Shown here in pieces: positions 1 through 12,461 of a stretch of 64,000 nt of DNA (its first letter is position 1; the number at the start of each line of letters is the position of its first letter). The notes below the pieces were generated by a model. That model saw only the letters and a program-made list of their open reading frames with translations. It was not told where the DNA came from and searched no databases. Origin of the DNA: Pseudogymnoascus verrucosus (lineage: Eukaryota); assembly GCA_001662655.1 (NCBI GenBank), contig KV460215.1; one strand, given 5' to 3'. A program made the translations under genes and the position numbers.

Positions 1-604
1 GTCGCCATGGAGGGCACAAGAAACATAAGTCGCATAAGTCGAAGACGGAGACGGGGAGTGCGTTTGGGGATTGGGCGGCGGGGGTGAGTGGTGGGGGGGT
101 GCCGAGGGGGGGAAATAGGAGTACAACGAGTTTTTTTAGTGTTGGTGAGTTTATGTCCTTTCCTTGGGGGTTGGTGGATTGATGGGGGGGGTGAGGGATG
201 AAAGATTGGGATTGGGATGGTCGTTAACAAGTGCCATAGGATCCGGCGCACGCTCAGCAACATCCTCCTACCGCCGCTCCCCCCGCCGCGGCCTCCTTTC
301 CAGGACTTACTCCCGGCTCCGCCACCTCCTCCGCAAACTCCTCCATTTCCTCAAAACCCACCCCCTAAAAGTATTCATGCTCGTCATTATGCCCCTCATC
401 ACCGGTGGCGCTTTGACGGGGCTGCTCGCGAGGTTTGGGATTAGACTTCCTGCGGGGTTGGGGAAGTTGGCGAAGATGGCGGGGGTGGGTGGTGGTGGGG
501 GAGGGGTGAAGGGGGGGAGAGGGGGGTTGGAGGCGTTGGGAGGGGTGGGGGGGATGATGGATGGGTTGGGGGGGGTGATGAGTGTGGCGAAGTTGTTTAT
601 TTGA
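1..604 (+). CDS. 5'-partial hypothetical protein with a C-terminal hydrophobic segment and Gly-rich tail; intron 145-239
   Basis: The frame is open from the window start (RHGGHKKHKSHKSK...TTSFFSV). A GTGAGT donor at 145 and TTAAC...TAG acceptor at 239 join in frame to GSGARS...LKVFMLVIMPLITGGALTGLL...AKLFI*. Confidence 0.7.
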
Positions 605-1180
605 TGGGTCTGAGGGCTTGATAGGAGGGAGGGGGAAGAGAGAAAGTGTTTTGATATCCGGGAAGGGGAGGGAGGGAGGGAGGATTTTATTTGCGTGCTT
701 TTTATGGGAATGGGGTTTGGGAATGTGATGTGATGTGATGTGCTATACGATTCTCTTTTTAGCTTAGACTTGCTTCGTTGGGTTTGGAATTGATATATGA
801 TTATACCTCATCACAGCTTTTCAATGCGAATAATTCGCACGCACGTGCACGACACACAGAAGTAGTCGCCGTCATCCGTGAAGGAAATATAAGACTCACC
901 AAAACCGGACGGTGGTAAATGTAAACGGATTATAGAGGTAAATAGAGTTACAGAAGAAATACCTAGCACCACCACCTTAACAGGTAAAAAATGCAAGATC
1001 CCCCCCCCCCTCCCATTTCCCATCTATGCAAAAAAACATTTTATCCATCTTTTTCCCCCTATTTACACTCGAATCCCCTCCCCCACCCTTCAACCATTTC
1101 CCTCCACCACCACCACCCAAAGCCTACACTTAAAAACACCCAACAACAGCGAAGCGGAAAAACAGACATCTCACATCCGT

Positions 1181-2513
1181 CTATTTCCGTCCACCCTTCC
1201 TGCCGCGCACCTTCTTCACACCCCTAGAGCGCGTAGCACCGCTCGTCTCGCCGGCAGTGTCGTTCTCAGACGTGAAGTCGTCGCCCTCGTCGTAGTCGGA
1301 GTCGGAGTCCGCGGCGGGGGCGGGGGAGAGGAAGCGGCCTGCGGTCTTGGCGTAGATCCAGACGGGGAGGCGGATGAGGGCTGTGTCGCGGAGGCGGGGG
1401 GATTGGAGCTCAGCAGGCTATGTGGTGTTAGCGGCAAGGTTTGCATTTGAGGGGAGAGTTGATAGGGGGACTTACATCAAGCAAAAGCTCCTGCATCTCA
1501 CCATCATCATTACGCTGCTCGAGATACACATTTCCCACAGCATCAACAACGAGGATCTTCCCATTCTCAGCCACAACGCGCTTCTTCGGCCCCGTAACAC
1601 CAGTCGGCGTATCAGCTGGGGAAACCTTCGCCTTAGGCGCCTTAACCTTCTTCTCCGGCTTCTCCTTGCGCGAATCCTTCTCCTGCATGCGTCTCTGCCT
1701 ACGGTTCATAGGTTGCATAGCAGCCTCCGCATCGCTATCCGTCGCCGGTGGTGTCTCGGCGCCTGCATCAATACCGGGGATGGTGAGATTCGCGCTCCCC
1801 GCCGCGCGGCGCGCGAACTTAACATAGCGGCCTACGAATTCCTGCTGTCTCTTCCAGCCGAGGTACAAGGCGAAGTAGTGTCCCGCGCCGCCGACGAAGA
1901 TGAACAATCCCAGAAGCACAGTGCCGAAGCCAGGGCGAAAACGCGCGTAGTAGTATCCAGTCCCCTTCCAGACGGGGAAGCCATTAGCGAGGAAATGATC
2001 GTAGCGCGCGCGCTCCGGCCCTTTCAAGAGTTTCTGAACGAGACCCAGGCGCGCGAAGCGGTCTGAGGCGGCTTTAGCGGCGGCATTGATTTCAGCGTTT
2101 GAAGGGCGGCCGGCGGGTTTCTTGGACTTGTCGGTGGATTTGGTGCGGGAAGCGATGAACTTCTGCTTTACCTTGTCGGGGTGAAGGGCGAGGGAGCGCT
2201 TTTTGTAGGCTTTGGTTATCTCGTCGTGGTTGGCGTTTTGCTTGAGGTTGAGGAAGTCGTAGAAGGTTACTTCGGGGCCTTCGGAGAGGGCGATTTCGTC
2301 GCGGAGGCGGAAGATTTCTTGGTCTGGGGGGGGGAGGGGTGTTAGTTGGTGGTTGTGGGGACTGGATGGTGAGGATGGGAAATGGGAATTGGGGATTGGG
2401 AATTGGGAAGATGAGAAGGTGAGATTGGGGAATGAGAGCATACCTTCTTTGCTCCATGCGGCCACCAAGGTGACAGCGCAGGCGACGACGGAGAAGGCGA
2501 GGGAGAGCTTCAT
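1181..2513 (-). CDS. ERJ5: ER-targeted DnaJ/J-domain protein (Erj5-like); exons 2513-2444, 2323-1476, 1417-1181
   Basis: Signal peptide MKLSLAFSVVACAVTLVAAWSKED, J domain with HPD motif (SLALHPDK), RYDHFLANGFPVWKGTGYYY and a TM segment. Canonical GT..AG introns restore the frame to TAG at 1181. Confidence 0.88.
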
Positions 2514-3177
2514 GATGGCTAGATAGACAGAACTGGTCCGTCTGGCAGGGCGAGTCGAGGTGGTGTGGTGCGGCCAATTAAGAGACCTGGTGGTGTTGGC
2601 GGTGATGTGGCACCTTTGCTGGCGATTAGAGATTGGACAGCGTCGTGGTCATTGAGGGTGGTGAACAATGAAGTTATATAGGGAGCTTAGATTATATATA
2701 ACCCGACTGCTGCTCACCTCACAATAACCAGACTGGCCTCAGGAACGGACTATAAATGTTGCGACGTTGTCACTTTCCAAATGTTTAATTGTGGGGACTG
2801 ACAGTTTGCGGGTTAGCGTGGTGAGGTGAAGCGAAGTGAGGGAGAGTAGCTGGAGTGGGTTTAGCGTTGTGATGGCCTGACATATGGGGACTAGGCTGAG
2901 TAGGCGGGTCGGGCTGAAGGAGTGGTTCGACCACAGTTGAGCACAGGACCACGTATGGATATATCACGTGACATCATAGTACCTGGAGCTATCTATGTCA
3001 CGTGTTATACTATACAACGAGTAGAGTGGGATAGCGGGAATATCTTGAGAAACTCTAGAATTCTAGTGGTAGTGGAGAAGAAAGTTGTGGGAACGCCCTA
3101 CCAAGTGTGCTTCCAAGTACTCGGATGGTACATCTAGGACCAGTCGGAGACCGCATGCATGTCAGCTTTTTACCTTA

Positions 3178-3424
3178 TTAGAAATACTAGAAATACTAGA
3201 AATACGTGGGAAATAGAGCCAGATCTTTATCTGCCCAGCCATGCTGCAAGTACAGCCCAAGTACTCCTTTTCTCCTTCCCTCACCGTATAGAAATCCAAG
3301 CTGTGAGTTTGAGACCTGTGAGCTGTGAGCTGTGAGCTGTGAACGGACAGATGAATGGGACAAACGGGGTACAGCGAACACCAGCGTATATAGCGTATTC
3401 AGCGTATTCAACGTATTCAACGTA
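3178..3424. repeat. Cluster of short tandem repeats (TAGAAATAC x3, CTGTGAG x~5, GCGTATTCA-type x~4)
   Basis: Directly visible at about 3178-3204, 3301-3341 and 3383-3424. Confidence 0.8.
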
Positions 3425-4792
3425 TGGCAAAAAAGAGGACAGACGACACCGCATCAAGTACCCGCTTGGTACTTTCTCGCTGACCACGCATACGTGAGTG
3501 GGCATACTCCGTAGGTGAGCGTGTATGTGTATACCCGACAATACATCATACCGACAGTATACCGACATAAGCTTCCTGCAGTCTCTTCCCCATTCCCTCC
3601 ATTCCCCTCATAGAAAAGAATTCCACCATAGATCCATAGCTGTGTGTTGTCCTATTTGATATATCTTTGACGTCGTGTCTCTTCTCTCTTCCCTTCTTTC
3701 CCCTCCTTCCTCTTCCTTCTTCTCTCCTTCCCAATCCTCACACTCTCTCCCCGCTCTCTGCGGCCCTATACCACCAGCGCCCATTGCTGGCTGGACCCAA
3801 AACCCCGGTGGTGCTCTCACGAGCAAGAACTCGACAGATCACTCACCGCTGCCCCGATATTCAGCCGCCGCATGACGAGTCAAGGGGACTTATCGTGCGT
3901 GTAAGGGAAAGGACGAGGTGGTGGACAAAGAGGTCGTTGTGCTGAGTGAGTTGTTCCTTCATCCTCTATCCAAATCACTTCATCTGCACTGTACCCTGAA
4001 GCCATGCCAGCTGGACCTCAAGCTGGACCAGACCAACTCCACCCATTTTCCCCCATCCACAATGACGAACCCCCTGCTTACTTAAGTCCGACGACCACAG
4101 AGCAACTTACGAATACTCCCCTTCACTCTTCTCTCGAATTTCGACAGGAATAGACCCGGATTCATTTATCTTCTTCTTCCTCCCAAGCCCTCCAAGGCTT
4201 CCAGATCGCCAATCACTGCCCGTTGCGCCGAGAAAAGTAGTATTGCTATTGTTGGTATTTATTGGCACTGACTTCCGACCACTCGGCATTACGTGAACCA
4301 ACCCCTGTTGCGGGTTATCGGATTATTTGGGGATAATTACGGGCCTCCGAGACTCTCCTATTTCAGTCAGCTCCAGCTCCCAAAAAAGATTCACAGCCTA
4401 CAAAACGTACGTACGTCAGTCATCGAGATTACATTTGTCGGCCTTTTCAATTGTCCACTTAGACTTCACTATTTTATAAACAAAGGTTCGTGAGCCTGGC
4501 ACCTTCCCGAAGCTAGTACCTTTTACTGGTGCCTGGGAGACTTGCGTGTCTTTTGCTGACGACACCAGCCCCTGCCCATCACAGCTCCTTGCACCTCCAA
4601 AAAGATTTGACAGATCTCCCGTCACGACACGAAATCACTACAACCATCCACACCCGTCTTCGCGTACATAAAGGACTCAATCCGCACCTCGATTCGTCAG
4701 GAAGCATCTCTGAATCACTATAAACCAACTACAACTCCACAAAACCCTCGATTACCTCTCAATTCGTCATTAACAACAACCCAACCTTCACA

Positions 4793-5323
4793 ATGGCACG
4801 CATTCAGATCCCCCTGGACGTCTTCACGTCGAGACTCAACCTCTCCGACCGCCTTGCTGGCTTCCGCTCGCAGACCATCGGCTCCCGCTTCGCCAACATC
4901 AAGCCCATCTCCGAGTTCCTCGACTTCAAGCGCCTGTCCAAGCCCGCCAACTTCGGCGAGGCCCAGTCGCGCGTTAACTGGAATCTGGGCCACTTCTCCA
5001 GCAACTATGCCGCCGTGTTCGTGATGCTCAGCATCTACAGCCTGGTGACGAACCCGCTCCTCCTCTTCGTCATCTTCCTCGTCGTCGGCGGCATGTGGGC
5101 TATTGGCAAGCTCGACGGCCGCGACCTCGAGCTCGGGGCCAACCGCATCACCTCATCCCAACTCTACACCTTCCTCCTCATCATCGCCATCCCCCTGGGC
5201 TTCTTCGCGTCGCCCTTCTCGACAATCCTGTGGCTCATCGGCGCGTCCGGAGTCACCATCCTAGGACACGCCGCATTCATGGACAAACCCATCGATGCGG
5301 CTTTTTCCGGGGAGGCGGTCTAG
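4793..5323 (+). CDS. YIP3: Prenylated Rab acceptor 1 / Yip3 (PRA1 family), 176 aa, intronless
   Basis: Motifs KPISEFLDFKRLSKPANFGE, SRVNWNLGHFSSNY and WLIGASGVTILGHAAFMDKP, with long hydrophobic stretches and strong C-ending codon bias. Confidence 0.95.
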   Translation: MARIQIPLDVFTSRLNLSDRLAGFRSQTIGSRFANIKPISEFLDFKRLSKPANFGEAQSRVNWNLGHFSSNYAAVFVMLSIYSLVTNPLLLFVIFLVVGGMWAIGKLDGRDLELGANRITSSQLYTFLLIIAIPLGFFASPFSTILWLIGASGVTILGHAAFMDKPIDAAFSGEAV

Positions 5324-5349
5324 GTGGTCGGCCGCGATCTCCCGAATCT

Positions 5350-6612
5350 ATGCCCCCATGGGGAAGACCACCGGGGGCGAAGGGGAGCAAGGCGCGCAAG
5401 CGGTGGGAGCGCGACCAGGCTCGCTACCGCGAGAGCGTGCGCGTCGAGGAGCTCGACTCGGACGACTCCTCGGACGCGCGCGGTGTCGACGTTAACGGCT
5501 ACCCCGCCCGCTACGCCGCCATCGATGTCGCCCCCAAATCGAGAAAGGCATACGCGTACCAGTCCGACTCGTCGTCCAGCAGCAGCAGCGCCTCCTCCAC
5601 CGACAGCGACAGCAGCGGCAACGTCAGCGCGGCCCAGATCGCCCTTCGCGACAAGGAGGAAGCCCTCGTCCAATCCGCACTCGCGCGCATCCGGCGCGCC
5701 CAAGAAAAAGGAAAATTAGAAGTGAAGCTCCGCGAGGATGAGCTCGCCGCCCTCGAAAACAGGCGGAAGCGCATCGCTGCCGAGAATGCGGCGAAGGCGA
5801 AACCTAAATCCTCGTCCTCGTCGTCTAAACGCGATAAAAACAGTGGCGGCAGCGACCGAAAGAAAAAGAAGGGTTCTGGTCCGCCAATGGTGACTGTCCC
5901 CATCGTCCCGCCGCCCGAATCCGCACCGTCGTCGTCAAGACCGCAATCCAGACGCCACAGCCGCGCCATCCACGCTGACCCCGCACTGATGGAGTCCTAC
6001 GCCGCAGCGGAATACCGCCCCCCCTCCTCGCACTCGCACCAGCACCAACACCACGCGTCGCCGGGTCGTCAACGGTCGTCGTCGTCGCTCGCGCGCCCGG
6101 GGTCGCAGCACTACGCGTACCCGCCGCCGCCGATGATGACGGGTCGCCATGTCTCGGATGGGGTGAGGCCCGGGTCGTCGGCGTCGATGGCGGGGATGCA
6201 GATGCCTATGACTGTTATGCGGGCGATGTTGCCGCATGAGGAGGGCTGGGATCCGAGTGCGTCGCGCAGGGGGAGCGTGGGGAGTGGGGTGGGGGGGGTG
6301 GAGTATGATCCGTTTGAGTACCAGGTTAGGGGGGAGGGGGAGTATGGGCGTGGTGGTGGGGGGTATGCTGGTGGTGGAGGTGGAGGGGGGGGGTATCCTG
6401 TGGGAGGGGAGGTGGTGTATTCGAATGTTAGGAGGGTTATGCCTCCTGGCGGTGGTGGGGGGTATGTGGAGAGGAGGGACGAGAGTAGTAGTAGCGAGGA
6501 GACGGATGAGGGGAGTGGTGTCAGGGTTGTACCGGAGCGGGTTAGGGAGAGGGAGGTTGTTCCTGTGCCGGTGGCGACGCCGTCGAAGAAGGGGAGGAAG
6601 AAGAAGCGGTAG
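5350..6612 (+). CDS. Hypothetical Ser/Gly/Arg-rich protein (420 aa) with a helical core and basic C-terminus, immediately downstream of YIP3
   Basis: ATG at 5350 (MPPWGRPPG). Long ORF with coding-like codon use, helical segment ALRDKEEALVQSALARIRRAQEKGK..L..DELAALE and NLS-like tail KKGRKKKR. Confidence 0.8.
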   Translation: MPPWGRPPGAKGSKARKRWERDQARYRESVRVEELDSDDSSDARGVDVNGYPARYAAIDVAPKSRKAYAYQSDSSSSSSSASSTDSDSSGNVSAAQIALRDKEEALVQSALARIRRAQEKGKLEVKLREDELAALENRRKRIAAENAAKAKPKSSSSSSKRDKNSGGSDRKKKKGSGPPMVTVPIVPPPESAPSSSRPQSRRHSRAIHADPALMESYAAAEYRPPSSHSHQHQHHASPGRQRSSSSLARPGSQHYAYPPPPMMTGRHVSDGVRPGSSASMAGMQMPMTVMRAMLPHEEGWDPSASRRGSVGSGVGGVEYDPFEYQVRGEGEYGRGGGGYAGGGGGGGGYPVGGEVVYSNVRRVMPPGGGGGYVERRDESSSSEETDEGSGVRVVPERVREREVVPVPVATPSKKGRKKKR

Positions 6613-7569
6613 TTCATTTGCGCGCGGGGGGTTCGACTCCTGTTTTTGTTTTAATGGCTTGTTTTTTTTTGGAGAGAGAGAGGGAGATGGGGTTGTGCGT
6701 TGTTTTTTGCTTTCTAATGATGAAGATGACTTGTTTGTTTTTTAGCTCTAAAATTGGGGGGAAAGGGGAGGTTGCATATAGAAGTTTATTCGTAATGGGT
6801 GGAAAAGCGAGGGGGGGTTATATATTATTTTTGATGGCTGAGATTTATTGTCTTTTTTTGTCTGGTGAGATGTAAGTGGGTGTGATGTAGTGTGGATGGT
6901 TGGGTGGGTGGCTAAGTGATTAAGTGACTGGTGAGTGAGTGAGTGACTGGTGAGTACGTGTGGGTGGTCAGTGAGATGGAGATCGAGAAGGGGGCCTCTG
7001 CCTCTCTATCGACCCTACTAACCTCACTCTACAGTTCGAGATTCAGGTTTATGTAACACTGTGATGACAGAGCTTACGTATATCGAGGTTCGTTGTCTAC
7101 GTAGTAGTGTTCTCGCATCAGCTTCACAGACATTTTATTATAGGGCCGCATTTTATCCCTTCTCAGGATGGACCAGGATACCCTCAACCAGCTCTCCTTG
7201 CTTGATGCACAAGGCAGCACAGATGGATACGGGCGTGGAGTGGAACGCGTTACCAGTCGGCGTAAACGAATTTGATTACCTCGGAGCAGTGATTGCGAAA
7301 TATCAAACCTTGATGTTGCCCACCCCTGCAGCTACTAAGCCGCTGCCATCCAACCCCCCTAAGAAGACGAAGACCAACCTACCCTAAGAGACTGCTACGA
7401 GCAGCCGCCCTCCACGCAACACTACCGCTGCAGCCCTTAAACCTAATGAGACGGCGCAAACCCCACTCTTATCTACCGTCCGCGACGGAATTCAACGTAC
7501 AGTACTACTCGGGCAACACTGTGCATTACATCTACTTCATATAAACCGAAATCTTCACTTCTAAGAGAT

Positions 7570-10045
7570 ATGGGACATACTACTTACTGCTGCGTCCTCT
7601 GTGGCGCTATAATTGGCGAAGACACTGAAACGTGGCTAGACGAGTTCCGTGGAGGTTTGAAGCCCATACCCAAATTACAGCATCGTATGACTATGCTAAC
7701 TGTAAATCCCAATATAGTTTATATCAAAGAAAATCAGTGGAATAGTCCACGGCTCTCCGGCATAGGGATTATAACTGATACCATCGGTGTTAACCTTACG
7801 GTGCCTCTCGAAGCAGACCAAAGGCATGACGATGTCGGCCTTGACCCGTCTGCCATCATGGATTTATGGTTGTTTAAATGCTCATTTAGCAAAACGAATG
7901 AATATCCGTGGTGCGTTCCACAGCCCTTTTGGGGGTTTCCTTTCCACGAATCGTGCTGGGTCCTTCTAGGTATCCTACACGGGCCTGGAGATCTTGACAT
8001 ACAAGCCCTACATGGGATGTGCCGGTCCTTCCCGGTAGTAAGTTGCCTACTAGACTTTGGACATGATTACGGAGGAACAATGCAATACTACCCTGACCCC
8101 AAAGATCACATTCCAGGGGAAGAGTGTAGTGTTAGTAGAAGTTATTATAAGGAGCGTTACTATCCTCAAGACTCGAAGAGGGACCCTATGGAGTACTCCG
8201 ACCCCTTAAATATTCCTATTCTCCAAGAGATATTCCAACAGACGTTCAAGAAGGCGGGCGGGGTTAACAAAAAGAACGACGCTGGCGAAGCCGCCTGGAC
8301 CAACGATTCGAACCCAACCGATTGCTTCCAACTTTTCCCGACAGAGATTATCTACGACATTCTCGTCTGCTTGCCATCGAAAGATGTGCTGAATGCTAAG
8401 CTGGCGTCAGCGACATTTGCCGCCTTGCCGCTGACAAACACATTCTGGGCATCGAGATTCCAGCGAGGTTTTGAATTCCATTGTGTTTTCGAGGCCCAAA
8501 GATTACAGACAAACGACTCCGACTGGGAAACAATGTATCTGAGCGTTAAAAGCCTTCAGAATACCCCTAGCTTCAAAAACAGGCGTCGGATCTGGAAGCT
8601 TCTCCTTCTTGTGGAGGAGTTACATAGCCGTTTGATTTCGGCGGAACTAAAAGGCACTATGTCACATTCATTTTTCGAGCCAGATGCACCGGAAGATAAT
8701 AGGTCATGGAATTTAGCAAGCGGTGTACTGTGTCAACCAGACAATTACTTCGATCGTGGCTGTAGGTCCTTGTTTGCAAGGACCGTAGACATTACCCGTA
8801 AAGTCACTGGCGTATTTCTCAGCTTCGCTAGATTCAATAGCACAAAGTATGTTTCGGGTATTCGATTTCAACAGTGCAATGGCGTCAATAGCTCTCTTGG
8901 CTACGTCGTCTCGGATGAGGAGATCGAATTGGATGTGGATGGGTCCGTTCTGAGCAAGGATGGATGCAGCATCTTTGGGTTCTATCTTGCTATTGATTCC
9001 CGAGGGGTACGGGCATTGTCTCTGTTGGCCAGTAATGGCAAAGTGTCAACATGGGTTGGTGAACATGAAGGGATCCCTAAGACGCGATTACTTCTGAATC
9101 AAGGGGATATTTTAAGTCTAAAGGCTGGATTCGATGTAGGTTGTTTCTATGCCACTTATGATATCTCTACTGACCCGCTCAAATGCCTTCAAAATGGTGG
9201 CACTAGGTAGCTTAGATGACGATTTCACTCCGACAGGTCAGTTGGACCTCCGAGACCATGCTCGATGGTTGCCAGATGTGCCTAATGAGGCCCTATCTTT
9301 AAATGCGAGTTATGTCCCTGCGATAACAAGACGACCCCCGCAAAAATACAGCCCGCTAACCATGCTGTTATTTGGCGGTCGGCACGGCGCGCATCTCTCG
9401 AAACTAACCATGATATCGATCTGGATGGGGGAAGACGCGCAAATTCTTGGCATATACTTCACGTACAGCGTCGAAGTAGATGGATACAAGGTCCACAGCT
9501 TAGGACGACCATGGCCTCTAGGTCGAGATGATAGGAACCGAGTGCCTTGCGACTGCTATTATACAAACGAGTGCTTAATAGATTACTCTGGCGGTGATTG
9601 TCCAGGAGACGTACGGGTTGACTTTCCAATTGATGGGCCTGGAGGGGAAATTATAAGCAGAGTCGATCTACAATCCATGAGTTGCGGAACATTTCTGGGA
9701 TTTCGAGTACGTTTACTCCTTTGCCTACGACGCCTACCATGTTCGTTATTAACAGAGATGGCCTAGATCAATACTAACTTTAATCGGACTGCTACATTTC
9801 CTCAGGAACGTGTAGATGATAATCTTGATGATTTTCCTCTACAACCTGTGGAAACTCCTGGATTAACGACAATAACTGGATTTTACTCTATACTAGTATG
9901 TTATTACCCATGCAAGGCATCTATGACTATGATGGGCACATACTAATGATTATAACAGTCTAGTTCATGTGGTCTAGATTACCTAGGCGTCATCTCTGAA
10001 CACATTCAAAAGGATGATGATCCCAGTGTGATTCCCGAAGCGTGA
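7570..10045 (+). CDS. F-box domain protein, possibly pseudogenised; predicted introns 7655-7717, 9136-9184 (acceptor non-canonical), 9707-9766, 9896-9958
   Basis: N-terminal CxxC, GFPFHESCW motif and F-box DCFQLFPTEIIYDILVCLPSKDVLNAKLAS..FWASRF. Three introns are canonical; the second predicted intron ends AAT instead of YAG. Confidence 0.75.
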
Positions 10046-10150
10046 TTCTTACGCCCAATCGACAGCTACACCCGCACTCTGACCTTACTCGAATTTTGAA
10101 GTGATGGCGATCAAGGGATGGCAGGAGCGAGGCTATGCTTGAAGATTCCG
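10042..10150 (+). repeat. Diverged dispersed repeat, copy A (begins at the F-box gene stop codon)
   Basis: Aligns by eye with 14842-14951 at about 25 differences in about 110 nt. Shared core: CAGGAGCGAGGCTATRCTTGAA. Confidence 0.85.
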
Positions 10151-10354
10151 TGGAGAGACAATGTCGAAGTTGGTCGGCAGTAGGCAATGATATAACTATA
10201 GAATTACGCGCCGAGTCCATCTCCGCAAGATAACAATATGCACGACCTCGCTGCTCCTCGGTCGTCTCTAGCAACTCGCCCCTATTCATCTTCCCTTGGG
10301 AAATTGAGGTCCCAGTCGATTATTAACAAGCCGATGAATGGAGCATATTGTCTA

Positions 10355-11092
10355 TTAGGTAAATGAGAAAGTTTTATACACACAGCAGCAGCAACATATG
10401 GGAACGAGCCGGCAATAGAGAGAATCATCTTCGCAAAGCCAGAGTTGCCCGTTTGACAAAATGGAGGCGGATAAAGGCCTGCAGGCGGGTGCCGGTGGGT
10501 GCCTCATAGTGTGGGATTCCTCTTCTTCAGGGACGTCTGGGTTTTCTCGGGGTTGCATTGTCGTTCCATACACGATCTGAGCCCTGAAAGTAGGCGATAC
10601 ATTTATCAACTGATGGAACGAGATGTTTGGTTGGGACTTCCTTGCGTGAAGGTCCGTCCAAATTTTGTACGAGACAGCTTCCTCGATGGCCCGAATGGGC
10701 CTGGCGCCTACGAACGCCTCAATTCCAGTCTCCTTCTTGGCCCTTAGCTTACGTTAAACACCTGGAACCGGGGCAGATGCATCCCCTGGTCGGACGGTCC
10801 CTTGTCCCAATCTGACGTCTTGTGGTGCGAGAGGCGTCTTCCTCTTTTCCGCACCATACGTTTTCATAGGTGGGCGAACATCAGCCGTAGCAGTAGACAC
10901 ATGGGGTTCCTAAAAGACTGAGACACTCCCACTAAGCATCTTGTTTCGAGTCCTTGAAAAGTCTGAATCCTGATCGTAAAGTCCATCATATTCCTGGAAA
11001 GCCTGGAAAGAGATCATATTGCAGATGAGAGACGGGAGGTGGTATAGATGGATCACACGGCATAGGCCTTTGTAAATGAGGGGATGAAACAT
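10355..11092 (-). pseudogene. Degenerate ORF resembling the gag/pre-protease region of Ty3/Gypsy-type LTR retrotransposons
   Basis: ORFs 10910-11092 and 10355-10609 share one frame interrupted only by a TAG (10910) and a TAA (about 10754). The joined translation contains YKIWTDLHARKSQPNISFHQLINVSPTFRAQI, resembling the 'NIT.GQLL..SP..R' segment of fungal retroelement gag-pro proteins (from recall). Confidence 0.45.
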
Positions 11093-12461
11093 ATATTAAT
11101 TATGTCTCATTGCTCGTGTGCCTACCATCCCTCGTGTCTTATCCCGCATATCTCATCCCCTCACTTCTCACCCTGGAAAGGAGAATAACCGACCAACCGA
11201 CGCCACCTCACCATCTCCACGCCTTTGACAGAAACATTTTTATAGCCCGTTCTCTATGTCCTGTCACGAGAACTTGTATATGTGGTACTCAGAAAGGGAT
11301 CCTATCATAGAAGGGGGAAAGGAGGCTGTCTGTAGGGAGATTTTACGGAATTAGATCCTGTGATGAGAAAGAAAGAGGCGAGACATGATATTCCTCCAAG
11401 AAAACAATATAGCCGATCAACCGACGCAGCCTCGTTAGTCCGCATGCTGCGAGGTGAGGGATGGTAGTAACTCTCCCGTATATCTTATTACTAGAGGTTT
11501 GTAGATATGATTTTCATAAAGATGTTTCGTTACAGGAGGAAGGGTTGATATTTATTGTTTCTTTGGTGGTAGGCTTTGCGGGGGTTTTGCGGCAGTGATG
11601 GGTTGTGGGGCCTCGTTCTGACAGCTGTCGATCTGGGTTTCTTCACCGAGTATGCTTCTGCGAATCCGAGAATTTTTACGTCGCATACTTCTAGGCTACC
11701 ATCAGTCGTCTGCTTCGGGTAAGATTCTGTTATTTATTTTGAGCTCTTGGGTTGGGATTCAAGGACATTGTTACATTCATGTCGTTGATGACCAAACACA
11801 GGTATAATGCATTTCTCATTGATTTGCGGGGTGACAGTTGCAATATGGATAATGGCAGCCCATCGATCAGCATTAATGTGCTTTCACAAACCTACTTGCA
11901 AGATAGAGGCAATAACAGCCTCAACTCATCATCCGAGCGCTGCCACGAACCCGTTTTCCCCCTTTCTCCGTGACCTTTGTGCAGAAAACATCAGCCCCCT
12001 CATCTGTCCAGCGAATAATCCATGCCGGAAGGGATGAGATCTTCTACGGGAGAAGATAAATGATTCTGTCAAGCTCCTCCATAACTTCCAGTTGAGCGGC
12101 AACTTCAACTCTGATATCCTGTGGATCGAGCGCACCCTCCCTTCTCCTCTCCTCCGCTCCAAGATCTTCAACTTCAGGGGCCAAAATGTTAACGCAATAA
12201 AACGGCAAAAGAATTGACAAAAAAACATACAACAGTGGGTATTCGCTGGTGGTCACCCACCCAACTACTAATCCACCGATCTCAAGCTTGTGTATGGCAG
12301 AGCGGACGGGATGCCCAATTCTCTTGAGTCTATGGTCGTATGTGCTGGTTGCTAGAATGTTGGGCCATATATTACACTAGGAACAGGCAATGGACGCTGG
12401 TTGAAGCACAACCAAATCTTGTTATACCACGGCACACCAGCGGAACACCAGCGGCACACCT

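Noticed and set aside
3178..3424. Short spaced repeats considered as a CRISPR-like array
   Set aside because: These are simple 7-9 nt tandem repeats without unique spacers, in a eukaryotic context.
5296..5312. Possible -1 slippery site (GCT TTT TCC) at the end of YIP3
   Set aside because: Only five T's; it does not fit X XXY YYZ, so it is not claimed as a frameshift signal.
6625..6645. GGTTCGACTCC, a tRNA T-loop/B-box-like string
   Set aside because: No complete T stem, D arm, anticodon arm or acceptor stem around it; it lies in a 3' UTR.
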